DNA of 57,886 bases, counting the filler, from Sphacelaria rigidula (taxonomy: Eukaryota), in NCBI GenBank assembly GCA_964200075.2. It is 7 parts of 7 records of this genome, joined end to end, with 100 filler letters (N's around TTAATTAATTAA, not from the genome) between each part and the next. Parts side by side here need not be neighbours in the genome. Positions count along the whole stretch, not along the records: positions 1 to 8,185 come from CAXNAA020011988.1; positions 8,286 to 16,469 come from CAXNAA020011989.1; 5 more parts are not named here. One strand, 5' to 3'. Positions 1 through 12,500 of this stretch are shown here, in pieces; the stretch's first letter is position 1, and each line of letters begins with the position of its first letter. The notes under the pieces were generated by a model, which worked only from the letters and a program-made list of their open reading frames with translations, was not told the DNA's origin and searched no databases. A program made the position numbers and the translations under genes.

Positions 1-24
1 GTGGGTGGGGGGGGGGGGTGGTGT

Positions 25-74
<50 letters not shown>

Positions 75-548
75 TTGGGCGAGGTCGTAGCACCCACATG
101 CGAGGTAGGGTAGGAAGGTGGAGATGGGTTTGCGGAAGATCAAAGCCTCAATGATTGAGGGTGCGTTAGTGGTAGGAGTATCGCGTGAGGATCTGATGAT
201 ACGGACTTGGTGTTTTGAAGGTGAGGCGGCGTAGGGTTGTGTGCGTGCGTGTGTGTGTGTGTGTGTGTGTGTGTTTCTTAGCGAACAGCGGACCAACATG
301 GGGATCGGAGCATAGCACAGTTCCGTCGACCGGCGCACCAAGTTAGGACAGGCAACAAATTTGCAATGGGCGGCGAGAAACATGAGTTTGTTGACATGTC
401 CAGTCTTGGTATTGTTGTGAACCTTTGGCTCCTCCGAAATTATCCCCAAATTAGATAAATATATCACTTATGCTCCCCGGCGGGTATCAGCTACATTTAT
501 CCAAGGCATCGCGTACCAAACACCCCGCCTATCCGTCCCATCACCTAC

Positions 549-2563
549 CCTCATTCTCTTGGAGCCAAAACCTTTTGTGTATCGCTCCCACGGAGCTGTA
601 GCCGCTCCCGACATTGAATACCGCTGCTGCTGAGGTGCCGCTATCCGGGCTCTCGACAAGAAACCTCGACCCGCAGGATCGCTCGAACCCTTCAAAGCAG
701 GCGAGACCTCGCCTAGCTCCTCTGCGCCGCCGCCACCACGTGCCACCTGTGATGGACGCACCATCCCCTGGGATGCCAGCACCCCTACCCTACATGGACT
801 CAAAATCTCTTCCCTGCGGTCGTCGCCAACAGATACCCCTGATGGATTGGGTACGGATGGTGGCCGGATCAAAGCGGCTGCGATACTACTGCCGGGTCTA
901 CCTTCGAAATCTTCACCACGTCCTGCGATCGAATTTGCCCGATCAGGCTTGACGTCATCAGCGTTGAGCACGATCATTTTGGAGGCTCTCGCATCATGGC
1001 CAGGGAGAAGGCCGCCCAAGACCCACCTGTTCTGAGGCCCGCCCATTTTGGGCGGCCGTGCGGCAGCTGTGGCGACAGAGGAATTTTGTGAGGACGACTC
1101 CCGCTCCTGCGAGTATGTAGTAGATGGAGAACAAGGGGTTTGTCAGCTGGCACATCTTGGCTACACAGTAGAGCTGAGTTGAGATTCATGCGGGAATGGC
1201 TGGAAATAAGCGCCATGTGTTTTGCCGTTACGCTGGGGTACCCGCCCACAGTACCGGCATGGCATGAGAGTGATCACTGTCAATAACATTTTCTCCCCAA
1301 AGACTCCACGAAAAAGTGCAATGTTCAGGATGGGAATTGGAGGCATGGAATTATCGTGGGTAGGTCGTCGGCACACCAGGACTACTGCTGTGCATGCAGG
1401 GTTCGTCGCTACCCATCATAGTTTCGGGACGCTCGTGATTCGTCGACGGATTGTTGCTAGCTTCCAAGAATACGGATTCTCGGGTAACGAACACTTTCAG
1501 TGAAAAAAACGAGGACATGTCCCCAAAGGGCTGCATAGAAACATGAAATCATCTGGTACGCGCCGGGTATCCTACTCGTCAATTTGGGAGACGAATAAGG
1601 ACGCTGTGAACCAAATCTCACGACACAACCAAGCACGACGCAGCGTACCAGTCGGAATCTCTCGTGGTTGTCCGGGGCAAGCAAGGCGCTCAACCGTTCT
1701 TCCAAAACGTCGATTGGCGCTTGGCTGGAATCTATGCTTTGCAGTGGCGTGTTTATTCCACTTGCACGAGCGGCAACAGATGTCGCTAGCTTGTGATTGT
1801 TCGCTCGTACTGTAGTACTCCCGCTGCCACCATGGCTGCCGCCGCCGCCGCCGCGAACAAGGACATTTGAGCCTGCAACACACGCGGGTTGAAGGTCAAG
1901 ACCGGCACCAGTAGGCCTTCCGCGCGCAGCACCGAAAGTGCTGCTGCTGCTGCTGCTGGCTTGTAGAATGCGATGGTCGGTGGCCTGTTGGGCTCCAACA
2001 GCTCCGTGTGATCGCTGTTGTCGATGCATGATCGTTGGCTGCGGTTGCAACGGCAACAAAGGTCGAGTATCCGGACGCAGTGGTGTGCCGATATCACCAT
2101 GTCCGCGATGCGGATCTTTTACTGCGGAGTCTTCCCGCTGATTGAGAGCAACCTTAGAAGGTCGGTATTCAGAACTGCTGCTGCATAGGCTATGAACTTG
2201 CCGTGGTGTCGATGCTATCGCTACTGCTGGCGAAGTTTCATCATATTGCCGCTCGTGCTGCTGCTGGAAATGAGATATACTACGAGCAACGCCGCTGCCA
2301 GCGACCGCGGGTGCAGACCGAAAAGCGTGTGTATTCGCCGTTTGGCGTACACTTGTAGAGGTTCCCGCAACGGATTGTACTATTTCTGGTAGCTTCTCCT
2401 CAGTAGAGCTGCTGTGCCTTGTAGCAACGTTGCCAGGTGGTGTTGGGGTGTCTGGTTGAGTCGGTATGAGGTACACCTCGTCGTCGCTGCCGCTGTCTTG
2501 TGTCAGATCTTCAAACATGGAAGGGTCTACACTTGTAGCAGCAGCGATATCATGATCATTCAT
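549..2563 (-). CDS. Partial multi-exon gene: long low-complexity N-terminus followed by the start of a G-patch-like domain; 3' exons not found in the window
   Basis: Exon 2563-1649 (MNDHDIAAATSVDP...HERFRL, donor GTACGC, phase 0) joins in frame to exon 1106-549 (acceptor TCGCAG; ERESSSQ...APWERYTKGFGSKRMR; donor GTAGGT). WERYTKGFGSK resembles the WE(K/R)HTKG(I/F)GSK lead-in of G-patch domains (TFIP11/ZGPAT type). The start codon is uncertain. Confidence 0.6.
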
Positions 2564-3303
2564 TCTTAGTTGCTTTTTGTTTTCTCTGCACACCTCCGTT
2601 GTATCTTATGGCAACTAATCCGAACTCTAAGAATGAAAATCGAAGCCTACTGGGCACCCATGCTGTCCTTTCATGTGTTGGCGTTGGCTATTTCAGCCGT
2701 CGATAAGATGACAATGCCAGAGGACGACAGTGGTGCTTTCATTCGTTTGTTCTGGTTCCTTTTCTCACCCGCGATCGAGCGAACAACTGGAAAATGGCGA
2801 AGAACAGAGGTCTTGTCTAAACCCCACCCTCCACACAGCAGTCGGAAATGAAGTAATAGCCTTCTAGCCTTATGAGTGGTAGATGGTGAATTTTGAACAA
2901 AGCTAACTGATCCACTAGCACAGAGAAGCAAAGAAGTAAGCGCGACAAGGATCCATGATCACTGTTTGTGGAAGCCACTTTCTGCCCTCAGTTTACCGTC
3001 CTCGTCGCTATTTTCCACAGTTGCCCTGTTTTGTGCTGCCGTCACGCACTTCTTGTGTCGTCCTTAACCCGCCTATGCCCCGAAGCTCCATCGCATGTCA
3101 AGACATAAAAAAGACAATTTAGTAGCACATGTATGGAGAAGGGTGGAAGGGAGACACTGGATACCAGAAACCCCAATGAAATCTTGCTGAAATCACCACG
3201 TCATGAAACTATCAATAATGGAAAATGACCACGAAAGCTCCAGTCTCGAGCCCGACGGCACATGTGAACCAGGCCCGCCCCTACCTCGCACACTAGCAGA
3301 TGG
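2564..3303. promoter_or_regulatory. Putative bidirectional promoter/5' region between divergent genes
   Basis: About 740 bp between the inferred divergent start codons. Positional inference only; no motif identified. Confidence 0.3.
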
Positions 3304-6300
3304 ATGAGTTCTGAGAATTCGGCGACCGAATCTGGGCGGAAGATTCCATATTCCAACAGCAATCACGGTGAATCTGTAAAGGGTCCAGCATGGGGTCTCA
3401 AGGAACAGCTGCGATCACGAGGAAACGGATCCGCCCAACGGCAAGAGATCAAGATACACCTGCCGCAGGGAGGAGAGATCTTGGCGAACAAGATTAAGCA
3501 GGTATGGGTTGCCTAGCGGAATAAAATGCCTCGTGTGTTTTAAAAAAATGGACGGAGCACGAAATGGTATGTGTGTTGTACGAAGCACAACAGAACGTAC
3601 ACGTATCATGTCAAGCAAGATACAGTATGCGTTCCGCACAGAGTTCACAACGAACGGTCGTAGGCGCGATGGGCCTGGATGGGCCGAAACAGTCTTCAGC
3701 GAAGCTCGGCCTCATGCCGACCACTGCCTCGTAGGAAGTACCACAAAACATGAATGCCTACAGTAGACACTTTAAAGTATTTCACCTGAACAGGAAATCG
3801 CGTTTGTGGTAATTGATATGCTCTACTGGAGGGTAGATGATTCGCAGCGTTCTCCCTGAAGGAGTCACGTCTGATGGCTGTAGGAAGACGGCATCGAAAA
3901 AATCGCCCGGGACCACACCAGTCACCAGTCTTGTGAATCGCTTGGATGAAACAGCAAGAGAGGCCCGCGACACACTTCAGCAGCGACGAATTGCATACGA
4001 AACATAATTAATTCAGCCAGCAGCACACCGATTCATGTAGCGCAAAGCCGCTGTCTCCTGCCTGCGTCCGATGCCACCCGCTGGTTAACTAATCTCAGCA
4101 CTTTCGAGACGACAGCAAGAGCCGTCGAGACGTTTTAGGGTGCTGCGCCCAAGACATCGACAAGGTTCTCGCTGTGCTTGTCCAGCGAGTCAAAACGAGG
4201 CTCCTCACGACTGTAGACAAGATGGACATCCAGCTGCAGACTCTCGAAAGCAATATGCGGTGAGGTGCAACGCACGATTGCTCTGTATCTTTGTCAGGGC
4301 CGACACGGATAGCCAGCAACTCGAAATATGTTGGCATGATCAATTTTACACCCTGGGGTATCTGCCAACCATGCAACATCCATGGCCCTGTACATGTCCA
4401 CAGACGCGTGCGTAGACGCTGATCGCCGACATATACCCGCACGACGATGACAGGAAGGGAGAGATTAGGGCAAGAGACTGGAGAGATGAACTGAGAGGAT
4501 TGAATCCTGCTAATGTTAGATGGACACTGGGGTATTTTGAGTCTATCGAAGCGTCTTAACAAGGTTTCATGAGATTGAGAGTGTAGCAGATTACGAATGA
4601 GAGTCAGCTCTTAGTCGAAAGACGGTGTTTTCGTGCATTCCACTTGTGAACGAAACTCTGACGAGTAACAATGGGAACGTCCCTTCCTGCAGAACCAAGA
4701 ATGAAAAAAAGGGGCATGAGCATGTCAACCATCGAAAGATTCCTCTAATCAATGCTCCGCTGTATATCGGGCAGGTTATGATTACCGGTGGTACATAATG
4801 TCATGCATTCCGAAAATGTTATTCCGGTAAATACGGCGAATGCGAGTGTAGGGTATTGACGCGTCGCGATCCCAAAGAACCGTGTGTCGGCGTTGTTTGC
4901 TTCCAGAATGTACATCCAACGACTAACTCGTCGGAACCTCAAGCCTTTGACCGCCAGCGTTAGGGATGAGGAACACGACATAAGTTTTCAAGTGAACATG
5001 AACGAGCTGACTCTCAATCAAATGCTATACTCTCAATGTCACGAAAATTGTGTTACATTTGGAATAAAAACCTGACCTGTACACGATTGACGCGTGTAGC
5101 ATTGCAAGGTGACTTAGTGTACTGGCGCTGCTTCGACCGGTTGCTTTATTGCATCCGCACAACGGAAATGCTTACTACGAGCACGCGATGGTTCGACCTG
5201 TGACCCATAGTTACTCCTTGAACGTTGTTCGGCGAAATATGCTATACACCCGGACAGACGGTTGTGCGAGGCCACCGAAGCCAAAGGTTTACGAATGCTA
5301 CGAGACGCGAAGCGGACAGCGGATTCCGAGAGGGAGGAGAAGGCTATCCTTTGTCAGTGGCTTAATGGGTAAGTGAGATGTGAAGTGCTCATCGGTCGGC
5401 TGACGCGCAGGGGTGTCTCGGTGAGGACAATGATTTTTGTGTTGATCACAAGGTACTGTGGGACACGTCACAGTATCAATAACACGATATCAAACAGAAC
5501 ACGCATTTTTACGGTGAAGTTTGTTTTGTTTTGTTTTTTTTCCTCGTGTCCGATCTAATCCCGGTCTGTTTCGTTCCTTACCTTTTCCTGTTTGCAGGCT
5601 CGTTCTTGGTCATACCGTCATCCTCTGGCTTGTCGCGTCGTCTTACTGTGCCTTGCCTTGCCTTGCCTTGCCTTGTGTAGTCTTACCATGCTTTGCCCTG
5701 TACTGACTTGCTCGGTGTGCCGACCTATGTCGTTCCCGTATTTCGGCCTTGGAGTTCCTATGGCCCACGTAACATGTGGGTGCCGGATTCTGTTCTTACT
5801 GTAGTTTTTTTTTTCGAGCCGTACGCATATTCTTCCGTATTTTATTTTCACCGACGGAGTGATGCTACGGTAGGGGTGCACAAATATTTTCTGAGGTTAG
5901 AATTGCTAAGGGCCCTCCACCTCATGCAAAACACGGCCTATGAAAATATGCGAAAGTACCCCAGGATTACTACTCCAATGTGCTGGGGATATCCCGAATG
6001 AATCTGCAAACGGGGATGCCCTGACCCTATTTTTGTGCATTTAGAATCGTCAGGGGCCCCTGACGATTCTAAATGCACAAAAATAGGGTCAGGGCATCCC
6101 CGTTTGNNNNNNNNNTAGAATCGTCAGGGGCCCCTGAAGTAGATATAATTTCGCGAAAAAAGTGCACCCCTACCGTAGCATTGCTCGACGCGTCTGTACA
6201 AACCCGCCCTCCGGGAGGAGCGCTTCCCTATTCGTGGGCGCATTACGATTTTCTCTCGTGTTTTCTCTTTTTGTGCAACGGCTCTGTGACCACGGGCGCT

Positions 6301-7569
6301 AGATTTGTGGAGAAAGGCTAATGTGAGAAACAACAACACTGCAACGCTGCACGTGATCTTCACGACAGAATATTGCCAACAGAGCGGCCCTAACAAGCGG
6401 ATGACTATTTGCGTGAGTCCATGAAGCATTAATTAGTACCTGTTGTTTGTATTGTCATTTCCTTGCCCCCCTTGAACTGCAGCTTTCTCGTGGGCGCACC
6501 TAGCAAGCCCAATTTATCCTCAATGGACTTCACTTTCGCGCGGTTTGCACTCAACATGGCAATGGCATCTAGTCGAACCCACCCGGAAGTAATGCTACAC
6601 GCAGGAGCCCCGGCGTTCTTGGTGGGGATGCTATCAAGTCCAAACGAACTTGTAAGTGCGGAGAGGTTGGGGGTGGTAAGTCGCAACAGAGAAAACGCAT
6701 GCGTATGTAGTGCATGTCTGTGTCGCACTGTACTGAGAAAATACTGAATATCCAGACACTGCAAACAGACTATTCATGAAGAGGCAACCTTACGGCGTCG
6801 TGCGCTATTCAAAACACAGTGTTCGCGTGTCATCTTCTCTTTGCTCTCATGCCTTCGCGAGGGTACAGGAGGCAAACGCCCGCACCAACTGAGACATGTG
6901 CGACAGACAATTGAGGGCATCTTCACCTATCCATGTCTGCTCGTTTCTGGTGTCGAGATAGGTGACGGGACCCGCAGTTCTGGCTTTGTCGCAGATGGCA
7001 CACCACGAAGCGTGTCGGCGAGCTCTCGGTGTAGCCGGAGGCATTCCTCCTTTAGTCTTACTAGCTTCCACCAGTCAATCTCCCGCAGTTCTGACACAGG
7101 TACGATGCTGCTGCGAGATTCACGCTCTTTTTCGTATGGTATCGAATGTTTTCAACATTCGCAAATCACGTCGTACAAACTTGACGTCATATGAAAATAA
7201 AGCTGTGGCTGCAGCCATGAGACTGGTGCGGCAGCACACCTCGCACCGTGTTATGCTGCCACAAGCTGCCAGCGAATATGTTGGCTAAAAAACGTGGTCA
7301 TTGGATGATCAACAGAAACTCATCGCCACGGATGAGCGTAAGCTCCCCACGCTGGACAAGCCCGGAGCGCGGGTAGCATCAGCACAGAAGCGGCTTTCGA
7401 ATATCCTTACTTGAGATTTTCTTCGACTTTTGCTACTCAGGTGTGTATCTCCCTAGCTCTGTTGAGTCAGTACCCGCCAAACAAAGCCGTTGTGGCGGGG
7501 AAGGGAGGCATCGCGGCCATGGTGCGGTTGTTGGAGGGATTCAGGAAAGAAGATCGCGTTACCGTGCAG
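3304..7569 (+). CDS. Partial armadillo (ARM)-repeat protein; no further exon identified before the contig end
   Basis: Phase-consistent GT-AG exons: 3304-3501 (MSSENS...NKIKQ), 4099-4259 (HFRDDSK...LESNM), 6483-6651 (FLVGAPSK...HAGAPAFLVGMLSSPNEL), 6962-7099 (VTGPAVLALSQMAHHEACRRALGVAGGIPPLVLLAS...), 7441-7569 (VCISLALLSQYPPNKAVVAGKGGIAAMVRLL...). GGIPPLV.L and NKAVV...GGI..MVRLL are ARM-repeat signatures. The first exon is less certain. Confidence 0.75.
5857..6186. mobile_element. MITE family A copy (GAG...CTC TIRs, 4-bp TSD GACG), Sola2-like
   Basis: TIRs GAGTGATGCTACGGTAGGGGTGCAC / GTGCACCCCTACCGTAGCATTGCTC, flanked by GACG at 5853-5856 and 6187-6190. Lies in an ARM-gene intron. Length is inflated by an assembly fold-back and an N gap. 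Confidence 0.85.
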
Positions 7570-8185
7570 GTAGAAATAACTACGTGCGCTTCTCTGTTTC
7601 TTAGCACTCTTTGGATCGAACATTTTTGTTGGAAAGCGCAGCGATGTCTTATAAGAGTGAAATAATTGCTAAACATGCTTAGTGTGAGCAGGTTTCAACT
7701 TGCGTAAAATGTAGCACGAGGCCGGCTGTTTTGTAATTACCTCACAGACTTAACTTGCGAGCCGACCATACCGCGAGCAGGAAAAACACATGAGAAGGCA
7801 ATTCTACTCGGCATATAGACCAGATAGCTCTTGATGACATCAACAGGTGGCAGGGCAAGCGTTGGCGGCGCTGGTGAACTTGATGCATGAAAGCGCAGCG
7901 AATCGGGGTTTGGCAGAAGAGTGTGGATTTACGCTCCCCACCATAACGATCATGGATGCAGTCGACAGTGATTTTGTGCTGGTGCAGGTGCGCTGTTAGT
8001 TGTGCCATTTCAGGAGTTTTGAGTCTGGAGTATCTGAGAAGCTCGTCAGGGACAGGTGTGGAGCTCACAACAATCGACTACCTCGCTACAAGAGTAGCGT
8101 TCTCGCGATTTCGTCCGATCCATCACATCGTGACCGCATTGGATGTTTCCTCGGAGAGGAGGGGGGGAGGGGGGGGGGGGGGGGG

Positions 8186-8285
8186 NNNNNNNNNNNNNNN
8201 NNNNNNNNNNNNNNNNNNNNNNNNNNNNNTTAATTAATTAANNNNNNNNNNNNNNNNNNNNNNNNNNNNNNNNNNNNNNNNNNNN
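8186..8285. other. Artificial contig linker (N/TTAATTAATTAA/N); identical linkers at 16470-16569, 24754-24853, 33038-33137, 41321-41420, 49604-49703
   Basis: Identical 100-nt spacer with stops in all six frames, recurring every 8283-8284 nt. Confidence 0.97.
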
Positions 8286-9590
8286 ACTGCATTGAGGACC
8301 AGGAGCGTGTCATGTCGTCGCGTGATAGCGTGTCTGATGACGTTTCGTTTCACGAAATGCGGTGCGATTACGGCAGGGAATTTCGCCGCACAGGCACGCG
8401 TACAGGAGACTGGCTCTGTACTCGCACGAGTACTGTAGTGCTGCAAGATGGCATCAAGGTCAACAGCTCCATCGTAGGAGTGAACCTCCTAGCCGACTGT
8501 CATTTACCACCGTAAGAGGGAGAAGTACTACCTCAAACTGTACTATACACCCCCTAGATGCAAGACCGTTACCGAAATGTTGAAACCCTTCGCAACTCGT
8601 GAGGAATGATGCACAAAAAAAGCCAGACTATGCGCAAAAACAAAATGGTCGTGTCGGGATTGGAACTCGTGTACTCCGTAATAAGAGGCGGTTCTACCAG
8701 TTTGACCACCGGGTGCCAGACGAAAAAGTGGATGCTGTGGGTAATTCGACGACTTGGGCGCTGAAATTTTGACACATGTTTACTATTACTGCGCACAACG
8801 TTTCTCGAGGTGCATCCGTATTTTTATTTTTTTCACGGTGTTGAAGCATTTTTCTAGCTTTTTCAAGAACTTCAAATCGCTTTAACTTCCTGTTTTTTTT
8901 TTCCTTCTTAATGAACCTCGAGAAATGTTGTGCGTAGTGATGATATAAATGTCGTGTCAAAATTATAGTGCCTAACTCTTCAAATTACCCACAGCATCGC
9001 TAAAATACATTTAAAAATCACTCTCAGCTGGCCCTGCCTGTATAGCGGAGCACACCGAGCAGCTGGAAACTTCCACGTTTGGGATCCTTTTCGCCAATGT
9101 CGCCAATATGCGGGGCTTGATGCAAACTGAAACCAGCGAGCATACGCTGCACGGCCATTTTATTTGTGACAGTTTCGGCCGGTGGGGGGGGGGGGGGGGG
9201 GGGGGGGAACAGAAGAAGGGGGGGGTGAGGCTAATCTCAAAAAATGGTGGAGGGCGCGCCGCCCTTTTTNNNNNNNNACGGGGGGGGGCGGGGGTGGGGG
9301 GGGGGGTGGGGGGGGGGGGGGGGGGGGGGGGGGGGGTGGGGGGTGGTAATCACTATAAGGGGGCTATCGCGGCATTACTACAAAATGTTGGAGTCCCCAG
9401 CGTGTCGTTTTTTTCAGTTCATTTCAAACGACACCTACAATGAGACCTGCAGTTGGATGCCGGCGAATATACTCCGGCTTCGACCTAGAGATACCGTGCT
9501 TCGACCTAGAGATACCGTGCACTTCAAAGCGGTGATGAGAAGAGAGGATGAGACGTATAATCGAAGCATTCTCTCTTGTCCTCAATTATT

Positions 9591-12500
9591 ATGTTACGTT
9601 CCGAAGAGTTGATATGGTGGAACACGTGCTGCTGCTGTTGGCAAACACCAAACCAGAAGGTGGGTATTCCGGCTGTTTTGATTGATGACTTGTCGAAATG
9701 TTTTTGTTGGCTTCGTTGGGTTTTGGGAACAAGTATTTCTTCCCGAGGCCTTTCACACACTGGCTGCGTCCAAGTTAGTCCGTTTTCACGTGAAGAGGTG
9801 ATTCCTTGACTTACACGTGGGAATCTGTCCCCTCTATGTGGTGGTTCCCACATTCACTGAAAGTAGTATGGCCACGATTACTCAGAAATACAGACAACCC
9901 GACTGCCGATACAAAACTATTTTCGGGAACGAGAAATCCCGTACTTGCCAAACACACAGTCGACTTGGGTTCACATCTGTCGTGATGGCATTAAATTGCG
10001 CAACGAAAAAAGTCGTGTATCGCAATGAGTGCTCACTGTTTGTAGGACGCCGTTGTGAAAGTCTCGGGGAGGCCTTGCTCAATGGACTGCGGGCTCGAGG
10101 GTGCAAAACATGATGTACATGACGTATGCTCCACTCTCCGACTCATGAGTCTCTCATCCGTTCCGTATATACCAATATACAGTATACCTATCCGCTGCTG
10201 CCCTTGTTTCGCTTTAACTTGTTTTGCTTCTCAAGTACTTGATGGGTTTCTTCTTCGATTGGACTATGAGACTGGTCGGGCCGCTTCTGCTCGTCTTCGC
10301 AACGGCACTCATCAGTGGTGTCATTGGCATGTACTTCATTTACATCTTGCCGGCTGCAACCACTTTCGGCTCCATTGCTGTGAGTGTCACGCCTCGCCTC
10401 TCGCTATTGCTAGCACTACACTACCGCAACGCTTTGCGGTGATTCTTGGCAGTCATGGCAGCAGAGACAGCAGAAAAGGATTTCATGGTGAAGTCTCGCT
10501 TCCTTTCATCGGTGTGGCATGCCCAAGCTCACGTCACCCCAGTAGGGCCTTTGTTGTGTTGTGTATGACAACAATCACTTGAGAGGCTGTGCGAGGTGCT
10601 GCTCATGCCTCCGCTCTGTGTTGATTCATCACACGTAACACCTTCGTTGCTCGGCAGTATCCGCGCACCATACCACTGTACTTTCCCTCTGTACTGTACC
10701 ACTGTACGACGAGTAGCATTGCCATCGTTTATCGGAGACGAGATCGCTAGCATCTCGCCGTATCCCCTCGTATGATGTATGGTACAGTGTATGGCTGACA
10801 TTCATGGTACGCATGTTTTGTTTCGTGTGTGTGGCTTGATGTTGAATCGTTCGCGCATCCCGTGTGCGCTGTGTGTCAGTACTGGTTGCACGCGTGCTGG
10901 GCGATGTTTTTGGCGTTCAACGTGTTCTTCAACTACTTTCACTGCGCCTTCACGCACCCTGGCAACCCTGACAAGTTTCTTCCTTCGCACGGCATGAGTG
11001 ACAGCGAAGACGAGGAGACGGAAGATGATGAAGAAGTAGCAGCCAGGTATCAATTTGAGTGCTGTTGCAGTAGGTGGTCTTCAGGAGCTACAGCTGTTCT
11101 TGAAGTACTCTAGTCCCTAGAACAACGTGAGCCTTCGGGTAAGCGGCCCTTGAAGGAACGACGAAAACTTCATGTTTACAGCACTGAATACAAGTGCTGT
11201 CTCTTTTGGTTCGGACTGGGCCCAGCCTGAAGTTTCGTAGAGTGACTTGATGTACGACACCTTCCTGGTGTGTTGACGATGTTGGCGATTAGAATAGCGT
11301 GAGGCGCCCAACACGAGTACCCGTACGTACTCTGGGGTTATGACTGTGGGCAGGCCACGCAGGCCGGTGGTCTGACGCACACGAGTAACAGTCGTTTTTC
11401 CAGCACAAGCGACCCCAGACATGAACCGCAACGTTCACGATTGGTCTTGACTGTTGCTGGCAAAGCGTACGCGTTATTGCGAATGGACGAATGGACGAAT
11501 GGACGACCCCTGTTGTTACACGTGGGTGTTGGTCATATGCAACTATAGTGTATGTGGCGCTTCGTGATGTCATGTGTGATTACGATGCATGAGCCGTAAC
11601 TGTAGAGCGTGGTACTAACGAAGCAAGCGTTCCTTCGATATTAAAAAACTGTTGCACTCCAGCATCCGAGTATTTATGCACCAACTCTATTTATTGCCGT
11701 GCGTCTTCCCCAGGCCCCTCATCGGAGAGGCAGCGGGGATATCTAGGGTCAACGTTGGAGGTAACAGTGCTGGAGATGGACACGGGGAGGAAAGAACAGG
11801 TCGGGCTGTCACCAGGGGGGCAATGCAGGTTGGATACTGCCGGAAGTGCAGCGAACCCAAGCCGGCGCGGACACATCACTGCCATGTTTGCGACCAATGT
11901 ATCGTTAACGTGAGTCATACGCTGAAAATGTGGATCATACCGACTACTTGCGTGGAGAGTTGTCACCCTCGTACCCATGGTTTGTGTCGCAACATGGCGC
12001 GCATGCTTCTCATCCGCTTGGTTGGTTTGAGTATGCTATTGATGGTCTTTCGAGGTGTTTGGCAGATGAAGCATTTCAAACACAGCTGGGCATACCCTTG
12101 GCTCTCTGTTGTCCAGAATGTCAAAATGTTGTACAACCAAAGGGAGAAATTCTGGGAATTCTCCGTCTGGGTAGCCAGCATATTGAACAATAATGCCGTT
12201 CTTGACGAAAGCTGTACTCCGCGAACGACATCCTATTTTGGTGTATCTCCTACACCTACCGGCCGAAGTGTGATGGTTGCACTGCGTATTCGTGAAAGCG
12301 CGCGATGTCTCCACCCGTTGCATTCCTCTTCTCATCGACCTTATTTTGGTGTGTATTTGACGCGACGGCCCCGAATCGAATGCACGCTGGCACTAAACTG
12401 TACGAACACTGTTTGTCCACCATCTGCTGTGACCGTGCCGTATCCTCTGTTTGTCATGTCCAATGTGGGTGCCTCGCGGGACTTGGTCTGCCGGACGATT

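Noticed and set aside
1-72. Poly-G runs (also ~8159-8185, 9183-9343, 32982-33007) as G-quadruplex elements
   Set aside because: They lie at contig ends or next to Ns, so lengths are unreliable and probably reflect low-quality sequence.
6007-6106. Perfect 100-bp palindrome inside a MITE
   Set aside because: It is centred on GGGGCCCC, ends at an N gap after which the pre-centre sequence restarts, and is absent from other copies. This is typical of an assembly fold-back.
9478-9520. Short tandem duplications (CTTCGACCTAGAGATACCGTG x2; also (CCTTG)n at ~5650-5700 and 52854-52905) as CRISPR-like arrays
   Set aside because: Head-to-tail repeats without unique spacers in a eukaryotic context, and no cas genes.
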